From positions 72,730-104,729 of the forward strand of contig JAEOSH010000002.1 in assembly GCA_016840465.1 (NCBI GenBank): 32,000 bases of DNA, in the 5' to 3' direction. Below the pieces are notes generated by a model. That model was given only the letters and a program-made list of their open reading frames with translations. It was not told where the DNA came from and ran no database searches. Shown here in pieces: positions 19,029-28,694 of this stretch (position 1 is its first letter; every line of letters begins with the position of its first letter). The DNA comes from Candidatus Baldrarchaeum yapensis (lineage in GTDB: Archaea > Asgardarchaeota > Baldrarchaeia > Baldrarchaeales > Baldrarchaeaceae). The position numbers were made by a program, and so were the translations under genes.

Positions 19029-19664
19029 TTACTTCCAGTCCTTTGGAGATACGAACTTATAAGTGTTCTTTAAAGCGTCATATACCGCCTTCGCGAAATT
19101 ATGGGTGGTTCTAGTCTCCCCTAACGTTTTTGTCCATACGTCCTGTATACCTGCAAGTCTAAGAACGGTTTTTGCCACGTCACCTGCAACTAGTCCTGTT
19201 CCACGTGGTGCAGGGATTAGCGTGACCACTACGCTGCCACATTTGCCAGTAACTTTAAACGGAACAGAGTGCGGTCGCCCACAACGACATTCCCAGCTTC
19301 CACAACCTCTTCTAACAGGTATTATGTTCAATTTCGCATCTATAATAGCTTTTCTTATTGCTTGACTAACCTCTGCCGCTTTTCCCTCTCCTACGCCAAC
19401 GTATCCATCTCTATTTCCGATAACCACCGTTGCTCTGAATTTCGATCTTTCTCCGGCATCAGTTTGACGCTGCACTAGGTTTATGTCTATAACTTCCTCC
19501 TCAAGGTTCGGTAATAGCATATCTACTATTTCGACTTCCTTTATCACAAGTCCTTCCCTGAAGATTTCCTCTATTGACGTAATATGGCCCTCCTTGACTA
19601 AACGTCCTACTTTCGTTTTAGGGATCCACTCCTCGAGGTTTGTGGATGTCGACCTAACTACCAC
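19029..19664 (-). CDS. rps5: 30S ribosomal protein uS5
   Basis: [28 protein letters not shown] and PAPRGTGLV motifs. Confidence 0.97.
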   Translation of the reverse strand: MVVRSTSTNLEEWIPKTKVGRLVKEGHITSIEEIFREGLVIKEVEIVDMLLPNLEEEVIDINLVQRQTDAGERSKFRATVVIGNRDGYVGVGEGKAAEVSQAIRKAIIDAKLNIIPVRRGCGSWECRCGRPHSVPFKVTGKCGSVVVTLIPAPRGTGLVAGDVAKTVLRLAGIQDVWTKTLGETRTTHNFAKAVYDALKNTYKFVSPKDWK

Positions 19665-20265
19665 TCTTCACCACCTCGGAGAAACTTTGAAGGATCTGCT
19701 CTTTCACTTCTTCAAAGTGTTTGGGAAGATCTTCTGGCCGCAGGCCACGTTTGATGTATTGTGAAAATTGACGCTGATACCTCTCGGGATCTTGTGACAA
19801 TAACAGGCTTGCGTATTCTGCTATATGCTCTCCTCTTATACTTTTTTCGTAAAAGATACCCTCGCCATGCGGGACTTCAAGTCCAGCATCCACGGCACCT
19901 TTCAGTGCAGCGAAAACACGACATCCTTTTGACGGTCTATGAAGACCTATATCAAGTATAGCCTTCTTTATGCCCTTCTTAAGGGCCTTAAGACCAACTA
20001 GAAGCCCAACCAAGTACGCAGCTGGCACATTTCCCGTATAACCCTTCCATCCATAATCTCTCACTAATTCTTGCGTGTGGGCAGATACGAGAGTATAGTC
20101 TCCCTCGGGTTTTGCAATCACTATTTGCGCGATTGTGTGCTTCAGGCTCTTTCTTACAACCAGTCTTGGAAGACCGGATATTACCAGTTTTCTCCTAAGA
20201 TAGTAATTTGTTTTTCCCTCGCGTCTCCTTCTAAACGGCACCTTATATCTTGAGCCCCTTGCCAT
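19654..20265 (-). CDS. rpl18: 50S ribosomal protein uL18
   Basis: [32 protein letters not shown] and [11 protein letters not shown] motifs. Confidence 0.97.
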   Translation of the reverse strand: MARGSRYKVPFRRRREGKTNYYLRRKLVISGLPRLVVRKSLKHTIAQIVIAKPEGDYTLVSAHTQELVRDYGWKGYTGNVPAAYLVGLLVGLKALKKGIKKAILDIGLHRPSKGCRVFAALKGAVDAGLEVPHGEGIFYEKSIRGEHIAEYASLLLSQDPERYQRQFSQYIKRGLRPEDLPKHFEEVKEQILQSFSEVVKSGS

Positions 20266-20281
20266 TGGTGATCGTACCCCT

Positions 20282-20734
20282 TTATTCTAATCTAACTCTT
20301 CTCAGAAGGTTGTTCTCCTCGATGTACATCATCAAGTGTCTGACGCTCTTGAACATCCCACCCTTTGCTCTTCTGTAAAGCATCCTATAAACGGATCTTG
20401 TAATCAATCTTCTATCTCGCAATTCCCTCAACTTCTTTCTTATTGCACGTATTCTCGCCATCCATGCTTCTTTTCTTGGCATTCTTGCCGTCTTTTTACC
20501 CTTCTTTGATCCAGGACCTCTTTTGTGTTTCCTCTTTTTGCGCATTTTGACCCTGATTCTAGAGATTCCCTTCTCGGGCTTGACGCGTATCACACCTTCC
20601 TTAATCAGCCTCCTTATATCCTCCCTAGTTGCTGCCATTGAAACTTCATCTATCATCTCAGGATCTATCCAGATCCTATTCTCCCCCACGCCCAAAATCT
20701 CAGCTGCTAATCTCCTCTTGCTCCGCAAATTCAA
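20282..20734 (-). CDS. rpl19e: 50S ribosomal protein eL19
   Basis: [28 protein letters not shown] and [10 protein letters not shown] motifs; TTG start inside the rpl32e tail. Confidence 0.97.
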   Translation of the reverse strand: MNLRSKRRLAAEILGVGENRIWIDPEMIDEVSMAATREDIRRLIKEGVIRVKPEKGISRIRVKMRKKRKHKRGPGSKKGKKTARMPRKEAWMARIRAIRKKLRELRDRRLITRSVYRMLYRRAKGGMFKSVRHLMMYIEENNLLRRVRLE

Positions 20735-21146
20735 GGGCTTCCTCCTCCTCTTCCTCTATAAACTCCCTAGGATTGAGAATCTTAAATCCCATATCAATAG
20801 CCTTCTTAACGATCTCCTTTCTCTTCTTTTTGCCCACAGTATGCGCAATTCTTATGGCATGCTCTTCTGGGTCTAATTTGTCAAGATCTTCGGGTCGGTA
20901 TACGAGGATTTCCTTGTACCCAGATGGATGCAACCCTCTCACAGCTCTGGGGGCTCCGTACCCCACAGTTGGCATTTTGCCCCAGCCTTTCCATTTTTGT
21001 CGTACTTTGTTATCAATTCCCCTCGGCCTTCTCCAGTTCTCCTTAACCCTCACATACCTCCAACTCTCGTACCTCACAAAGTCTGGTTTCTTTCTTTTTA
21101 GTCTTTCCCTGAGTCTCAAAAGCTGCTGCTTTGTTTCTAGAGTCAT
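20700..21146 (-). CDS. rpl32e: 50S ribosomal protein eL32
   Basis: [30 protein letters not shown] and IAHTVG motifs; acidic C-terminal tail. Confidence 0.97.
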   Translation of the reverse strand: MTLETKQQLLRLRERLKRKKPDFVRYESWRYVRVKENWRRPRGIDNKVRQKWKGWGKMPTVGYGAPRAVRGLHPSGYKEILVYRPEDLDKLDPEEHAIRIAHTVGKKKRKEIVKKAIDMGFKILNPREFIEEEEEEALEFAEQEEISS

Positions 21147-21162
21147 AAACTCACTCTCCGGA

Positions 21163-21732
21163 TCATATTATGCGTTTAACGACATCTCCCAACTGGCGCT
21201 CGTAAAGGTATATTCCATCTTGGAATATCCTTGGATCCTTATCCTTTATTTTCGTTGCCTGTTGTATGTTTGCGGCCGTCTGCCCTACCTCTTCTATATT
21301 TATACCTTCAACCACGACATCGTCCTGCTCAACGCGAACTTTGACATTTCCGACAATTTCAGCAACACGAGGAGCCCGTTCACCGAGAAAGTTTTCAATG
21401 TACACTTTGTTCCCTTCAACTCTAACGTTTATGGGGTAGTGAGAATACACTATCTTAAGACGGTAGACGAACCCCTTTGTCACACCAATGATCATATTTC
21501 TGATATGTGCGGCAATCGTTCCAACCATGGCCTTTTCGCGTCTCCTAGGAAAATAGGAAAATACCTTGACGACCCTTGAGTTCTCGTCATACTCTATAAT
21601 CACGGGTGCGTAATCAAAGGCCCGTTCCAAGACCCCTTTCGGACCTTCAACTCTTACCTTCTTCCCCTCAATGGAAATTTTTACATCCTCTGGAACCTTG
21701 ACATCAACTTCCACCACTGGAAGTCGTGCCAT
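21163..21732 (-). CDS. rpl6: 50S ribosomal protein uL6
   Basis: VEGPKG, IVYSHYPI, NFLGERAPR and DPRIFQDGIY motifs. Confidence 0.97.
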   Translation of the reverse strand: MARLPVVEVDVKVPEDVKISIEGKKVRVEGPKGVLERAFDYAPVIIEYDENSRVVKVFSYFPRRREKAMVGTIAAHIRNMIIGVTKGFVYRLKIVYSHYPINVRVEGNKVYIENFLGERAPRVAEIVGNVKVRVEQDDVVVEGINIEEVGQTAANIQQATKIKDKDPRIFQDGIYLYERQLGDVVKRII

Positions 21733-21741
21733 TGTTATCAC

Positions 21742-22134
21742 CTAGTACACGTACGCGATCAGCCTTCCACCGATGCCACGCTTTTTCGCCTCACGGTGCG
21801 TCATCACGCCTTGTGAGGTGGATACTATCAGTACTCCCACGTCATACGCGGGGAGGTACCTCTTCTCCCAGTATTCGAACTCATTCTTCTTCACGGGATA
21901 TCGTGGCTTAATAACTCCACATTTGTTAATTCTACCAAGTAACTGAACTCTAAATACCCCTGCACGTCCATCGTCGATATACTCGAATTCTCCTATGTAA
22001 CCTTCCTGTAACATTATTTTAAGAACTGCACCTATCAATTTTGACGCTGGTCTTATGTACACTTCCTTCTTACCTGCCATCTCGTGATTCATTATGTTCG
22101 AAAGAGCATCTGCCAGTGTATCCATGCGGCACAT
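21742..22134 (-). CDS. rps8: 30S ribosomal protein uS8 (start Met ambiguous)
   Basis: [32 protein letters not shown] and STSQGVMTH motifs. Confidence 0.97.
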   Translation of the reverse strand: MCRMDTLADALSNIMNHEMAGKKEVYIRPASKLIGAVLKIMLQEGYIGEFEYIDDGRAGVFRVQLLGRINKCGVIKPRYPVKKNEFEYWEKRYLPAYDVGVLIVSTSQGVMTHREAKKRGIGGRLIAYVY

Positions 22135-22149
22135 CATGAACACCTCCTT

Positions 22150-22311
22150 TTATCGCTCACCCAACTTTTTAAACCCCAGTTTCTCGGCAACCTCCCTGAA
22201 ACATCTTCTACATAACATTAAACCGTACCTTCTAATAATCCCACGGTGAGTGCCGCAGCGTCTACATGTTCTACTACCCTTACCGAACTTCCTGACTCTC
22301 TTCTCATTCAT
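22150..22311 (-). CDS. rps14: 30S ribosomal protein uS14, Zn-binding type (53 aa; not in the ORF track)
   Basis: Manual translation: [53 protein letters not shown]. Confidence 0.97.
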   Translation of the reverse strand: MNEKRVRKFGKGSRTCRRCGTHRGIIRRYGLMLCRRCFREVAEKLGFKKLGER

Positions 22312-22317
22312 ACATCA

Positions 22318-22878
22318 TCACCCCTTCACTATCTGTACGCCAAATGTTTCCATCAAGTAAACCATGGCTTCCTCTTTAGTCATCCTATGTCTGCGTGGAA
22401 CCTTTCTCTTACATCTTCTCCTCCTACTGATTCTGTACCCTGGCCTTTCGAACGATATACATACATCCATTCCGAATACCCCCAATTCCGGATCGTATTT
22501 CGTTCCAGGGATATCTATGTGCTCCTTTATTCCAAAGCTTAAGTTTCCATACTCATCGAAACTGCTAACTTTGACGGTGTTGTTTATCGCTGCGAAGGCT
22601 TTTCTAAGAAACTCTATTGCTCTTTCTCCTCTCAGAGTTACTTTGCATCCTATAGGTTCGCCCTTTCTTATCCCAAATCCTTTTATGGTTTTTCTTGCTT
22701 TCGTCTTTACTGGCTTCTGGTTTGTTAGTTGTTCAAGTACTTTCATGGCCTTTTCTAGCCTCTCGCCGCTCTGACCTACCCCCATATTAACTACTACCTT
22801 TTCTATTCTCGGCCTCCTCATGGGGTTCTTTTCCCATTCTTCTAAAATCTTTGCTTTAATTTCCTCCGAAATTACCAT
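22318..22878 (-). CDS. rpl5: 50S ribosomal protein uL5
   Basis: [27 protein letters not shown] and [12 protein letters not shown] motifs. Confidence 0.97.
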   Translation of the reverse strand: MVISEEIKAKILEEWEKNPMRRPRIEKVVVNMGVGQSGERLEKAMKVLEQLTNQKPVKTKARKTIKGFGIRKGEPIGCKVTLRGERAIEFLRKAFAAINNTVKVSSFDEYGNLSFGIKEHIDIPGTKYDPELGVFGMDVCISFERPGYRISRRRRCKRKVPRRHRMTKEEAMVYLMETFGVQIVKG

Positions 22879-22889
22879 AATTCCACCCG

Positions 22890-23651
22890 CTATTCAAATG
22901 CGGATTCTGGTAATGAAATTAAGGGTTTGTCAAATCCTACCGGGAAGACATAATTTAGGGGGGCTTGGAAGATGTCTCCCTTTTCATTTTCTAGCACGAT
23001 AACGGTATATTTCTTACTTATACCCCACCTTATCTCCTTTATCTTACCGATACGCCCCATGTTTTTGCCAAGTACAACAAGTCCCAATACGCCTTCCTTC
23101 ATTGGAACATACTCGAGAATCTCCTGCTCAGGAATTGTTATTTTTAGGGTACTCATCGTCTTGTAAATATCCTCCTCCGGTTTCGTCGGATCTTTTACCC
23201 TTATGAGAATGTTCCTGCCGTCATGGAGGTTCAATTGTATATGTCCACCTTTTACCGTAGTTTTGTCCTCGATTCTACATAGTTTATACTTTGCCTCCTC
23301 AACTGGAATTCTAAACAGGTCTATGTATCCTCCCTTCAATGGTAACACTCTGTAAGCTTCCCCAATATCAGGAATCTCTATAACGTTCATTATGCCAACT
23401 GGGAACTTATAATTCCTCACAACCACACCATCGACTCTCACTTTGCCCTCTCCAAGAATCCTTCTTGCCTCACGCGCCGTTTTTGCATATCCAAGTATGT
23501 CTCTTATGATTAGGAGGAGAGGCAGAGATGCACCTATGCACCTAGGTCCTGGACTGGGCCTGGGTGCCCATTTGTACTCCTTTCTTGGTATGGGCCAGAA
23601 ATCGGGTGCTGCTAACCTTTTAAGATGCCGCTTGGGCCCCTTCTTCGCCAA
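22890..23651 (-). CDS. rps4e: 30S ribosomal protein eS4
   Basis: [28 protein letters not shown] motifs; TTG start inside the rpl24 tail. Confidence 0.97.
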   Translation of the reverse strand: MAKKGPKRHLKRLAAPDFWPIPRKEYKWAPRPSPGPRCIGASLPLLLIIRDILGYAKTAREARRILGEGKVRVDGVVVRNYKFPVGIMNVIEIPDIGEAYRVLPLKGGYIDLFRIPVEEAKYKLCRIEDKTTVKGGHIQLNLHDGRNILIRVKDPTKPEEDIYKTMSTLKITIPEQEILEYVPMKEGVLGLVVLGKNMGRIGKIKEIRWGISKKYTVIVLENEKGDIFQAPLNYVFPVGFDKPLISLPESAFE

Positions 23652-24045
23652 TTTGGAGTGCCTCCCTAGCTTTTGCTTTTCTCTCTATAATTTTTCTTCT
23701 CCACTCATCACTCTCATCAAGTTTTACTATCATAACCTTCGAAGGGTGGATCGGGTAAAATGCAGCTGACCCATCTGCCTTCTGAATTGTTACATTTTTT
23801 ATATAAAGCCTATATCTCTTCAAATCGACCTTTATAACCTCACCCTCTACTCCCCTAAAGTTCCCACGCATGACCCTAACAACATCTCCCTTCCTCACTG
23901 GCAACCTTTTTATTCCATATTTCCCACGAAGTTCGTCGGAAAGCGGAGCGGTCATCATCTTTACTCTATGGTGTAAGGGAGCATTGTAGAGATATCTCCT
24001 CTGCTTGCGCGGTTGCTTAGTCTTTTGAGGCGGCGCTGCCGGCAT
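23620..24045 (-). CDS. rpl24: 50S ribosomal protein uL24
   Basis: [34 protein letters not shown] motif and PIHPSKVMI. Confidence 0.97.
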   Translation of the reverse strand: MPAAPPQKTKQPRKQRRYLYNAPLHHRVKMMTAPLSDELRGKYGIKRLPVRKGDVVRVMRGNFRGVEGEVIKVDLKRYRLYIKNVTIQKADGSAAFYPIHPSKVMIVKLDESDEWRRKIIERKAKAREALQIGEEGAQAAS

Positions 24046-24055
24046 ATCCCATCAC

Positions 24056-24475
24056 CTATATCACGATGCTAGCAATTCTAGCAACAGATGGCCATCTTTC
24101 AGCGGCCTCTTTGGCCACAGGTCCGTGAATTTCTGACCCCTTTGCATCACCTTCAGGTGAAACAACCACTGCCGCGTTGTCCTCAAATGCCACCCAGACG
24201 CCATTAGGCCTTCTGAAGGGCTTTCTCTGCCTTATGATTATCGCCCTGACAATTTGACGACGCATTGTTGGGGTTCCTTTAGTAACCGATGCAACAACCA
24301 TATCGCCCACTGCTGCAGATGGTAGTCTTCTTAATCTACCCTTATAACCTATCACGCCTATTATTGTAAGCTCTTTTGCGCCACTGTTATCTGCACACTT
24401 CACAACGGCACCCACAGGAATTCCCCTGCTGATCTTGAATCTTACACCTAGTCCTCTCTTTCTTGCTTTTGACAT
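24056..24475 (-). CDS. rpl14: 50S ribosomal protein uL14
   Basis: [33 protein letters not shown] and [11 protein letters not shown] motifs. Confidence 0.98.
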   Translation of the reverse strand: MSKARKRGLGVRFKISRGIPVGAVVKCADNSGAKELTIIGVIGYKGRLRRLPSAAVGDMVVASVTKGTPTMRRQIVRAIIIRQRKPFRRPNGVWVAFEDNAAVVVSPEGDAKGSEIHGPVAKEAAERWPSVARIASIVI

Positions 24476-24828
24476 TACCTCTTCCCTCCTTTCTCAGCTC
24501 TTCTGATAACCTCGACCACTACGAAACTTACAGTCTTGCTTAAAGGACGACATTCGGCTATTCTTACCCAATCACCCGTTCTTGCGTTGATACAGGGAGG
24601 ATTATGTGCGGGGATATGAGATTTCCTTCTTTCGTACCTCTTATACTTAGGAACATACTTTACGTAATCTCTCCTTACAATTACCGTTTTCTGCATCTTG
24701 TCACTAACCACTACTCCAGTGAGCGTGCGCAATCGTACCGGAAGTGAGCCGTGAAACGGACAATTTGGATCATCGCATTCTCTCTCCGGGGATTTTACAT
24801 TCAGCCCAATGTTGCGAACCCGTGACAT
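24475..24828 (-). CDS. rps17: 30S ribosomal protein uS17
   Basis: [23 protein letters not shown] and RPLSKTVSF motifs. Start at ATG 24828; TAATG overlap with rpl14. Confidence 0.97.
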   Translation of the reverse strand: MSRVRNIGLNVKSPERECDDPNCPFHGSLPVRLRTLTGVVVSDKMQKTVIVRRDYVKYVPKYKRYERRKSHIPAHNPPCINARTGDWVRIAECRPLSKTVSFVVVEVIRRAEKGGKR

Positions 24829-24963
24829 CACTCTAACACCTGCACAAACCATGTAACTACTTTACAAGGACTGATTATCATGTTGTGAAAGACCTCTCGT
24901 GAAACTTCATTTAAAAATAGCGGCACTAACATGAACGCAGAGTAACGTGAAGTTTGCACTCCA

Positions 24964-25003
24964 TGTCTGGAGAGAACACACGTTTTTGCCATTCTCTCCG
25001 ACA
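24964..25003. other. Intergenic inverted repeat / hairpin (12 bp with one bulge, 15-nt loop)
   Basis: tgtc-t-ggagagaa (24964-24976) and ttctctcc-gaca (24992-25003). Function unknown. Confidence 0.6.
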
Positions 25004-25072
25004 ATAATGTTTATTATGATAGGGGCTCGTCGTGCTGATATTTTGAATATTAAGCTTCTAAAGGTTCGAAAC

Positions 25073-25080
25073 TTTTAAAT
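25073..25080 (+). promoter_or_regulatory. Putative TATA box of the alba block
   Basis: TTTTAAAT preceded by purine-rich CGAAAC, about 50 nt upstream of the alba start. Confidence 0.45.
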
Positions 25081-25131
25081 TACTCAATTTGTTAGATGCA
25101 CGGATGAGAGATGCCTAGGGAGGTAAACAAT

Positions 25132-25410
25132 GTGAGTTCAGAAAACGCGGTGCTGATAGGGAAGAAGCCACCGATAAGCTACGTGTTAGCAGTGTTAACG
25201 CTCTTTCACAGGGGAGCGGACAAAGTCTGTATAAAGGCTAGAGGTAAGGCCATAAGTAAGGCCGTTGATGTTGCGGAAATCGTAAGAAATAGATTTTTGA
25301 CGGATGTTGAGGTCGAGAAAATTGTCACGGGAACTGAGGAAATAAGAACTCCTGACAATAACGTACTTAACGTTTCAACAATAGAAATATTATTAGCCAG
25401 AAAGACTTAA
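25132..25410 (+). CDS. alba: DNA/RNA-binding protein Alba
   Basis: VLIGKKP...YVLAV, IKARGKAISKAVDVAE and VSTIEILL motifs; GTG start 7 nt after GGAGGT. Confidence 0.96.
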   Translation: MSSENAVLIGKKPPISYVLAVLTLFHRGADKVCIKARGKAISKAVDVAEIVRNRFLTDVEVEKIVTGTEEIRTPDNNVLNVSTIEILLARKT

Positions 25411-25509
25411 CAGCCTTAGAGATACAAGCAATTATAAACATAAGTTTTTGGCACTATATAGACGAAGCTTCCAAATATTTTTTAGATCACAACCAAGGAG
25501 AGATAGGAA

Positions 25510-26016
25510 TTGAAAGCGCCATTATGCAGTGTCTGTCTGAAAAGTGAAATTTTCTGCCCCACGTGCCAAGAAAAATTGGAAAAGGGAGAAGTCAGTGAAC
25601 TCGATGTCAAAGTAATAAAGGAGTTAATAGAGTTAGAAAAAGAATTTCCGGAACTCAAAGACGTAGAGTTCAAAAAGAGTCTAGAGGTAGGACCGTTGCT
25701 TGTTATAATGTTTTCAGAACACTCATTAACAAAACTCTCTTCCGTTAAAAGAGCAATTGCAAAGAAGCTTTCTAATGTCTTCAAGAAGAAAATACGACTT
25801 ATAGAGTCAACAAAGGATATAAGAAGAGTTGCAGAGGAGTTGCTTGCTCCAGCCCAAGTGCTGGGAGTGAATACTATATGGTTGCCAGATGGTACTTATG
25901 AAAAGAAAGTAAGGGTCGAGAGAACTAATAGGAGGAGATTGCCAGCCGATCCTAGAACTCTCGAAGAAATTTTGCGAACAATATCCAATGAGCCCATAAG
26001 AATTGTTTTTGAGTAG
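25510..26016 (+). CDS. nusA2: Archaeal NusA paralogue (NusA2) with N-terminal Zn finger
   Basis: CxxC-x6-CxxC N-terminus and C-terminal LLAPAQVLGVNTIWLPDG...RRLPA...PIRIVFE, matching my recollection of crenarchaeal NusA2. TTG start after GGAG. Confidence 0.8.
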   Translation: MKAPLCSVCLKSEIFCPTCQEKLEKGEVSELDVKVIKELIELEKEFPELKDVEFKKSLEVGPLLVIMFSEHSLTKLSSVKRAIAKKLSNVFKKKIRLIESTKDIRRVAEELLAPAQVLGVNTIWLPDGTYEKKVRVERTNRRRLPADPRTLEEILRTISNEPIRIVFE

Positions 26017-26110
26017 ATACATATAAGTTCCTGGTGTTCTATTAAATTTGTGCCAACTAACTAAATCTTTTTTATTGATCTACTCATGCAGTCATTAATG
26101 GTGTGGAATT

Positions 26111-27427
26111 ATGGAACCCTTAGGAGACTGGAGAAGAACGCATTGGTCATCTGAGATAACGCCTGCTTTAGACGGAACCACGGTCACTGTATGTGGGTGG
26201 GTTCACAGAATAAGAGACCTAGGACGATTGGTTTTTATCGTTTTAAGGGATCGGGAAGGAGTCGTACAAATAACAATTCCGAAAGACAAGGTTCCCGAGC
26301 ACACATTTGAGAAGGCAAAAAAACTCATCCGTGAAGATGTCATAGCCGTTCGCGGGAAAGTTCGCTTTTATGAAAAAGCGCCCAACAACGTTGAAATAAT
26401 AGCAAATGAGATAAGGATTCTAAATAAGGTTTCACCGCCACTGCCCCTAGATCCCGCGGGAGATGTAGATGCGGACCTTGATACTAGACTCAATGCCAGG
26501 ATAATAGATTTACGACGACCGCAAACTTTCGCAATTTTCCGAATAAATCATATCGTATTACAAAGCATTAGGGAGTTTTTGACAAATGAGGGTTTCATCG
26601 AGGTGAACACGCCTAAAATAATAGCAACTGCAACTGAGGGAGGGACTGCGCTTTTTCCTGTTTCGTATTTTGGAAGACAGGCTTTTCTGGCTCAGAGTCC
26701 CCAACTTTATAAGGAAGAATTAACGGCAGCACTAGAGAAAGTATTTGAAATAGGACCCGTATTTAGAGCCGAAGAGCACAATACCACTAGGCATCTATGC
26801 GAGTTGGTGATGGTGGATTTAGAATGCGCATTTGCAACCGCGGATGATGTCATGAACATCCTAGAGAGATTGATAGCTCATGTGTTTAGGGAAGTAAAGA
26901 GTAAGTGTAGCAAAGAACTAAAGATCCTTAACAGAGAGGATCTCGAAGTTCCGGGTACTCCATTTCCACGATATACATACACGCAAGTTCTCGAGTTACT
27001 AAGAGAGCATGGAATCGAAATTCCGTGGGGAGAGGACCTTCCGACACCTGCGCTTAGGAAATTAGGGGAAATCCTTAAGGGGCCTTATTTTATAACCGAG
27101 TGGCCTACCGAGTCAAAACCATTTTACATAAAACCCAAAGATGAGGATCCCAAAGTTTCCGAATCCTTCGACTTCATGTGGGGATGGCTCGAGTTAGCAT
27201 CAGGCGGAACAAGAATTCACAACAAAGAACTCCTGATTAAGAGATTGAAAGAGCAGGGACTTAATCCTAAGTCATTTGAGTATCATTTGAGGGTTTTCGA
27301 CTGGGGGATGCCGCCTCATGCCGGATGGGGATTAGGGCTTGCAAGATTACTGATGGTAATATGCAACGTTAGAAATATAAGAGAATGTGTCCTCTTTCCT
27401 CGAGACAAAAGTAGACTTGTTCCTTAA
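26111..27427 (+). CDS. aspS: Aspartate--tRNA ligase, non-discriminating type
   Basis: OB fold [32 protein letters not shown] and [15 protein letters not shown] motifs; H32 and P91 signature residues. Confidence 0.95.
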   Translation: MEPLGDWRRTHWSSEITPALDGTTVTVCGWVHRIRDLGRLVFIVLRDREGVVQITIPKDKVPEHTFEKAKKLIREDVIAVRGKVRFYEKAPNNVEIIANEIRILNKVSPPLPLDPAGDVDADLDTRLNARIIDLRRPQTFAIFRINHIVLQSIREFLTNEGFIEVNTPKIIATATEGGTALFPVSYFGRQAFLAQSPQLYKEELTAALEKVFEIGPVFRAEEHNTTRHLCELVMVDLECAFATADDVMNILERLIAHVFREVKSKCSKELKILNREDLEVPGTPFPRYTYTQVLELLREHGIEIPWGEDLPTPALRKLGEILKGPYFITEWPTESKPFYIKPKDEDPKVSESFDFMWGWLELASGGTRIHNKELLIKRLKEQGLNPKSFEYHLRVFDWGMPPHAGWGLGLARLLMVICNVRNIRECVLFPRDKSRLVP

Positions 27428-27435
27428 GAGATCCA

Positions 27436-27843
27436 TCAACGGTAACTCTTTTGAAATCGCGCTCTTGCACTCCTTCCGCCGAATTTTTTAGGCTCGGTCC
27501 TCCGAGGATCTCCAACAAGCATTGTTCTGTCATACTCTAGAAACTTCCGTTTCAGTTCTTCGCTTTTCATCCATTCAACGAGCCCTCTTGCTATGGCGAT
27601 ACGTGCCGCCTCTGCCTGTCCCATGAATCCTCCGCCCTCGACTTTCACATCTATATCCACTTTACTAACTATTTCCTCCCCTGCAAGAAGCAACGGTTCC
27701 ATAATCTTCCATCTTGCAAGTTCGGGTTGATATATCTCGACTGGTATGTTGTTTATTCTAACTCTGCCCTTCCCTTCCCTTATCACGGCCCTGGCAATTG
27801 CAGTTTTTCGTTTTCCACTCGATAGTATTATGTTCTTCTTCAA
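27436..27843 (-). CDS. rps9: 30S ribosomal protein uS9
   Basis: [23 protein letters not shown] and [19 protein letters not shown]; TTG start. Confidence 0.98.
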   Translation of the reverse strand: MKKNIILSSGKRKTAIARAVIREGKGRVRINNIPVEIYQPELARWKIMEPLLLAGEEIVSKVDIDVKVEGGGFMGQAEAARIAIARGLVEWMKSEELKRKFLEYDRTMLVGDPRRTEPKKFGGRSARARFQKSYR

Positions 27844-28313
27844 TTTTCACCACCAGCCATAGATTTAGGGGGATTCCATCCTATTTGACGAGAAAGTTCA
27901 AAAATAGTTATGTACTTGCCTCTTAATCTAGATGCATCTGCGATCTTTAATTTTTCTTTAGGTACATCTTTGAGTTCTTCGGGTACACCTATGAAGACAC
28001 GTAATCTCTTATACGCCATTCTCCCCCTCCATGTTTTCCAAGGAAGCATTCCCCTTATTATACGCTTAACGAGTTTATCGGGTCTTCGATAGTGAAATGG
28101 TCCCTTTCGTGGGTTTGTAAGAGTTCTTATCTGCAACCATTGTTTGTATTCTTCGAGGATATTGTGATAATCACCAGAGATTACAGCCTTTTCGGCGTTG
28201 ACAATTGCAATTTTCTCTCCATTTAGCAATCTTTTTGCAACCACACTTGCTAATCTTCCAACAATTGCATTCTCAGCATCTATCACGGCGTAATCCTTCA
28301 ACTCCCCGCTCAT
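27840..28313 (-). CDS. rpl13: 50S ribosomal protein uL13
   Basis: [23 protein letters not shown] and RIIRGMLP motifs. Confidence 0.97.
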   Translation of the reverse strand: MSGELKDYAVIDAENAIVGRLASVVAKRLLNGEKIAIVNAEKAVISGDYHNILEEYKQWLQIRTLTNPRKGPFHYRRPDKLVKRIIRGMLPWKTWRGRMAYKRLRVFIGVPEELKDVPKEKLKIADASRLRGKYITIFELSRQIGWNPPKSMAGGEN

Positions 28314-28323
28314 AGTACCACCC

Positions 28324-28689
28324 TTAAGCCATTATCTTTACTCCAGACCCTTTTGGATTTATCTGCATGAGTTCTTCGATGGTCAAGCACGTTCCCCCGG
28401 CCTCCTCTATTTTTTGTCTTGCACTTTTAGAGAAAGCCAAGGCAGCAACAGTAACTTTATGAGTGAGTTTGCCGGCACCTAACACCTTGCCTGGAACTAT
28501 CACTGTATCGCCATCCTTAGTATAACGATTTATTTTCGAAACATTAACCTCTACGCGTTGTCTTCTCGGAGCCATAAGCCGCTCTGCTATATCTTTCCAT
28601 ATCTTAACCTGCTGATACTTCGATTGCTTTATTAACTTCCTTATCAATCTTCTAACATTGGGGTCTGTTGGACCTGTTCTCTTAACCAT
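28324..28689 (-). CDS. rpl18e: 50S ribosomal protein eL18
   Basis: [15 protein letters not shown] and VPGKVLGAG motifs. Start at ATG 28689 after GGTGA. Confidence 0.97.
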   Translation of the reverse strand: MVKRTGPTDPNVRRLIRKLIKQSKYQQVKIWKDIAERLMAPRRQRVEVNVSKINRYTKDGDTVIVPGKVLGAGKLTHKVTVAALAFSKSARQKIEEAGGTCLTIEELMQINPKGSGVKIMA

Positions 28690-28694
28690 CTCCA

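Noticed and set aside
25023-25033. GGGCTCGTCGT resembling the 5' end of archaeal tRNA-Val
   Set aside because: Only 11 nt; no D arm or split-tRNA leader follows. Chance match is likely.
24829-25100. Rpp29 remnant upstream of uS17
   Set aside because: The minus-strand frames I translated by hand show no Rpp29 motifs (HELIG, GxVVDET).
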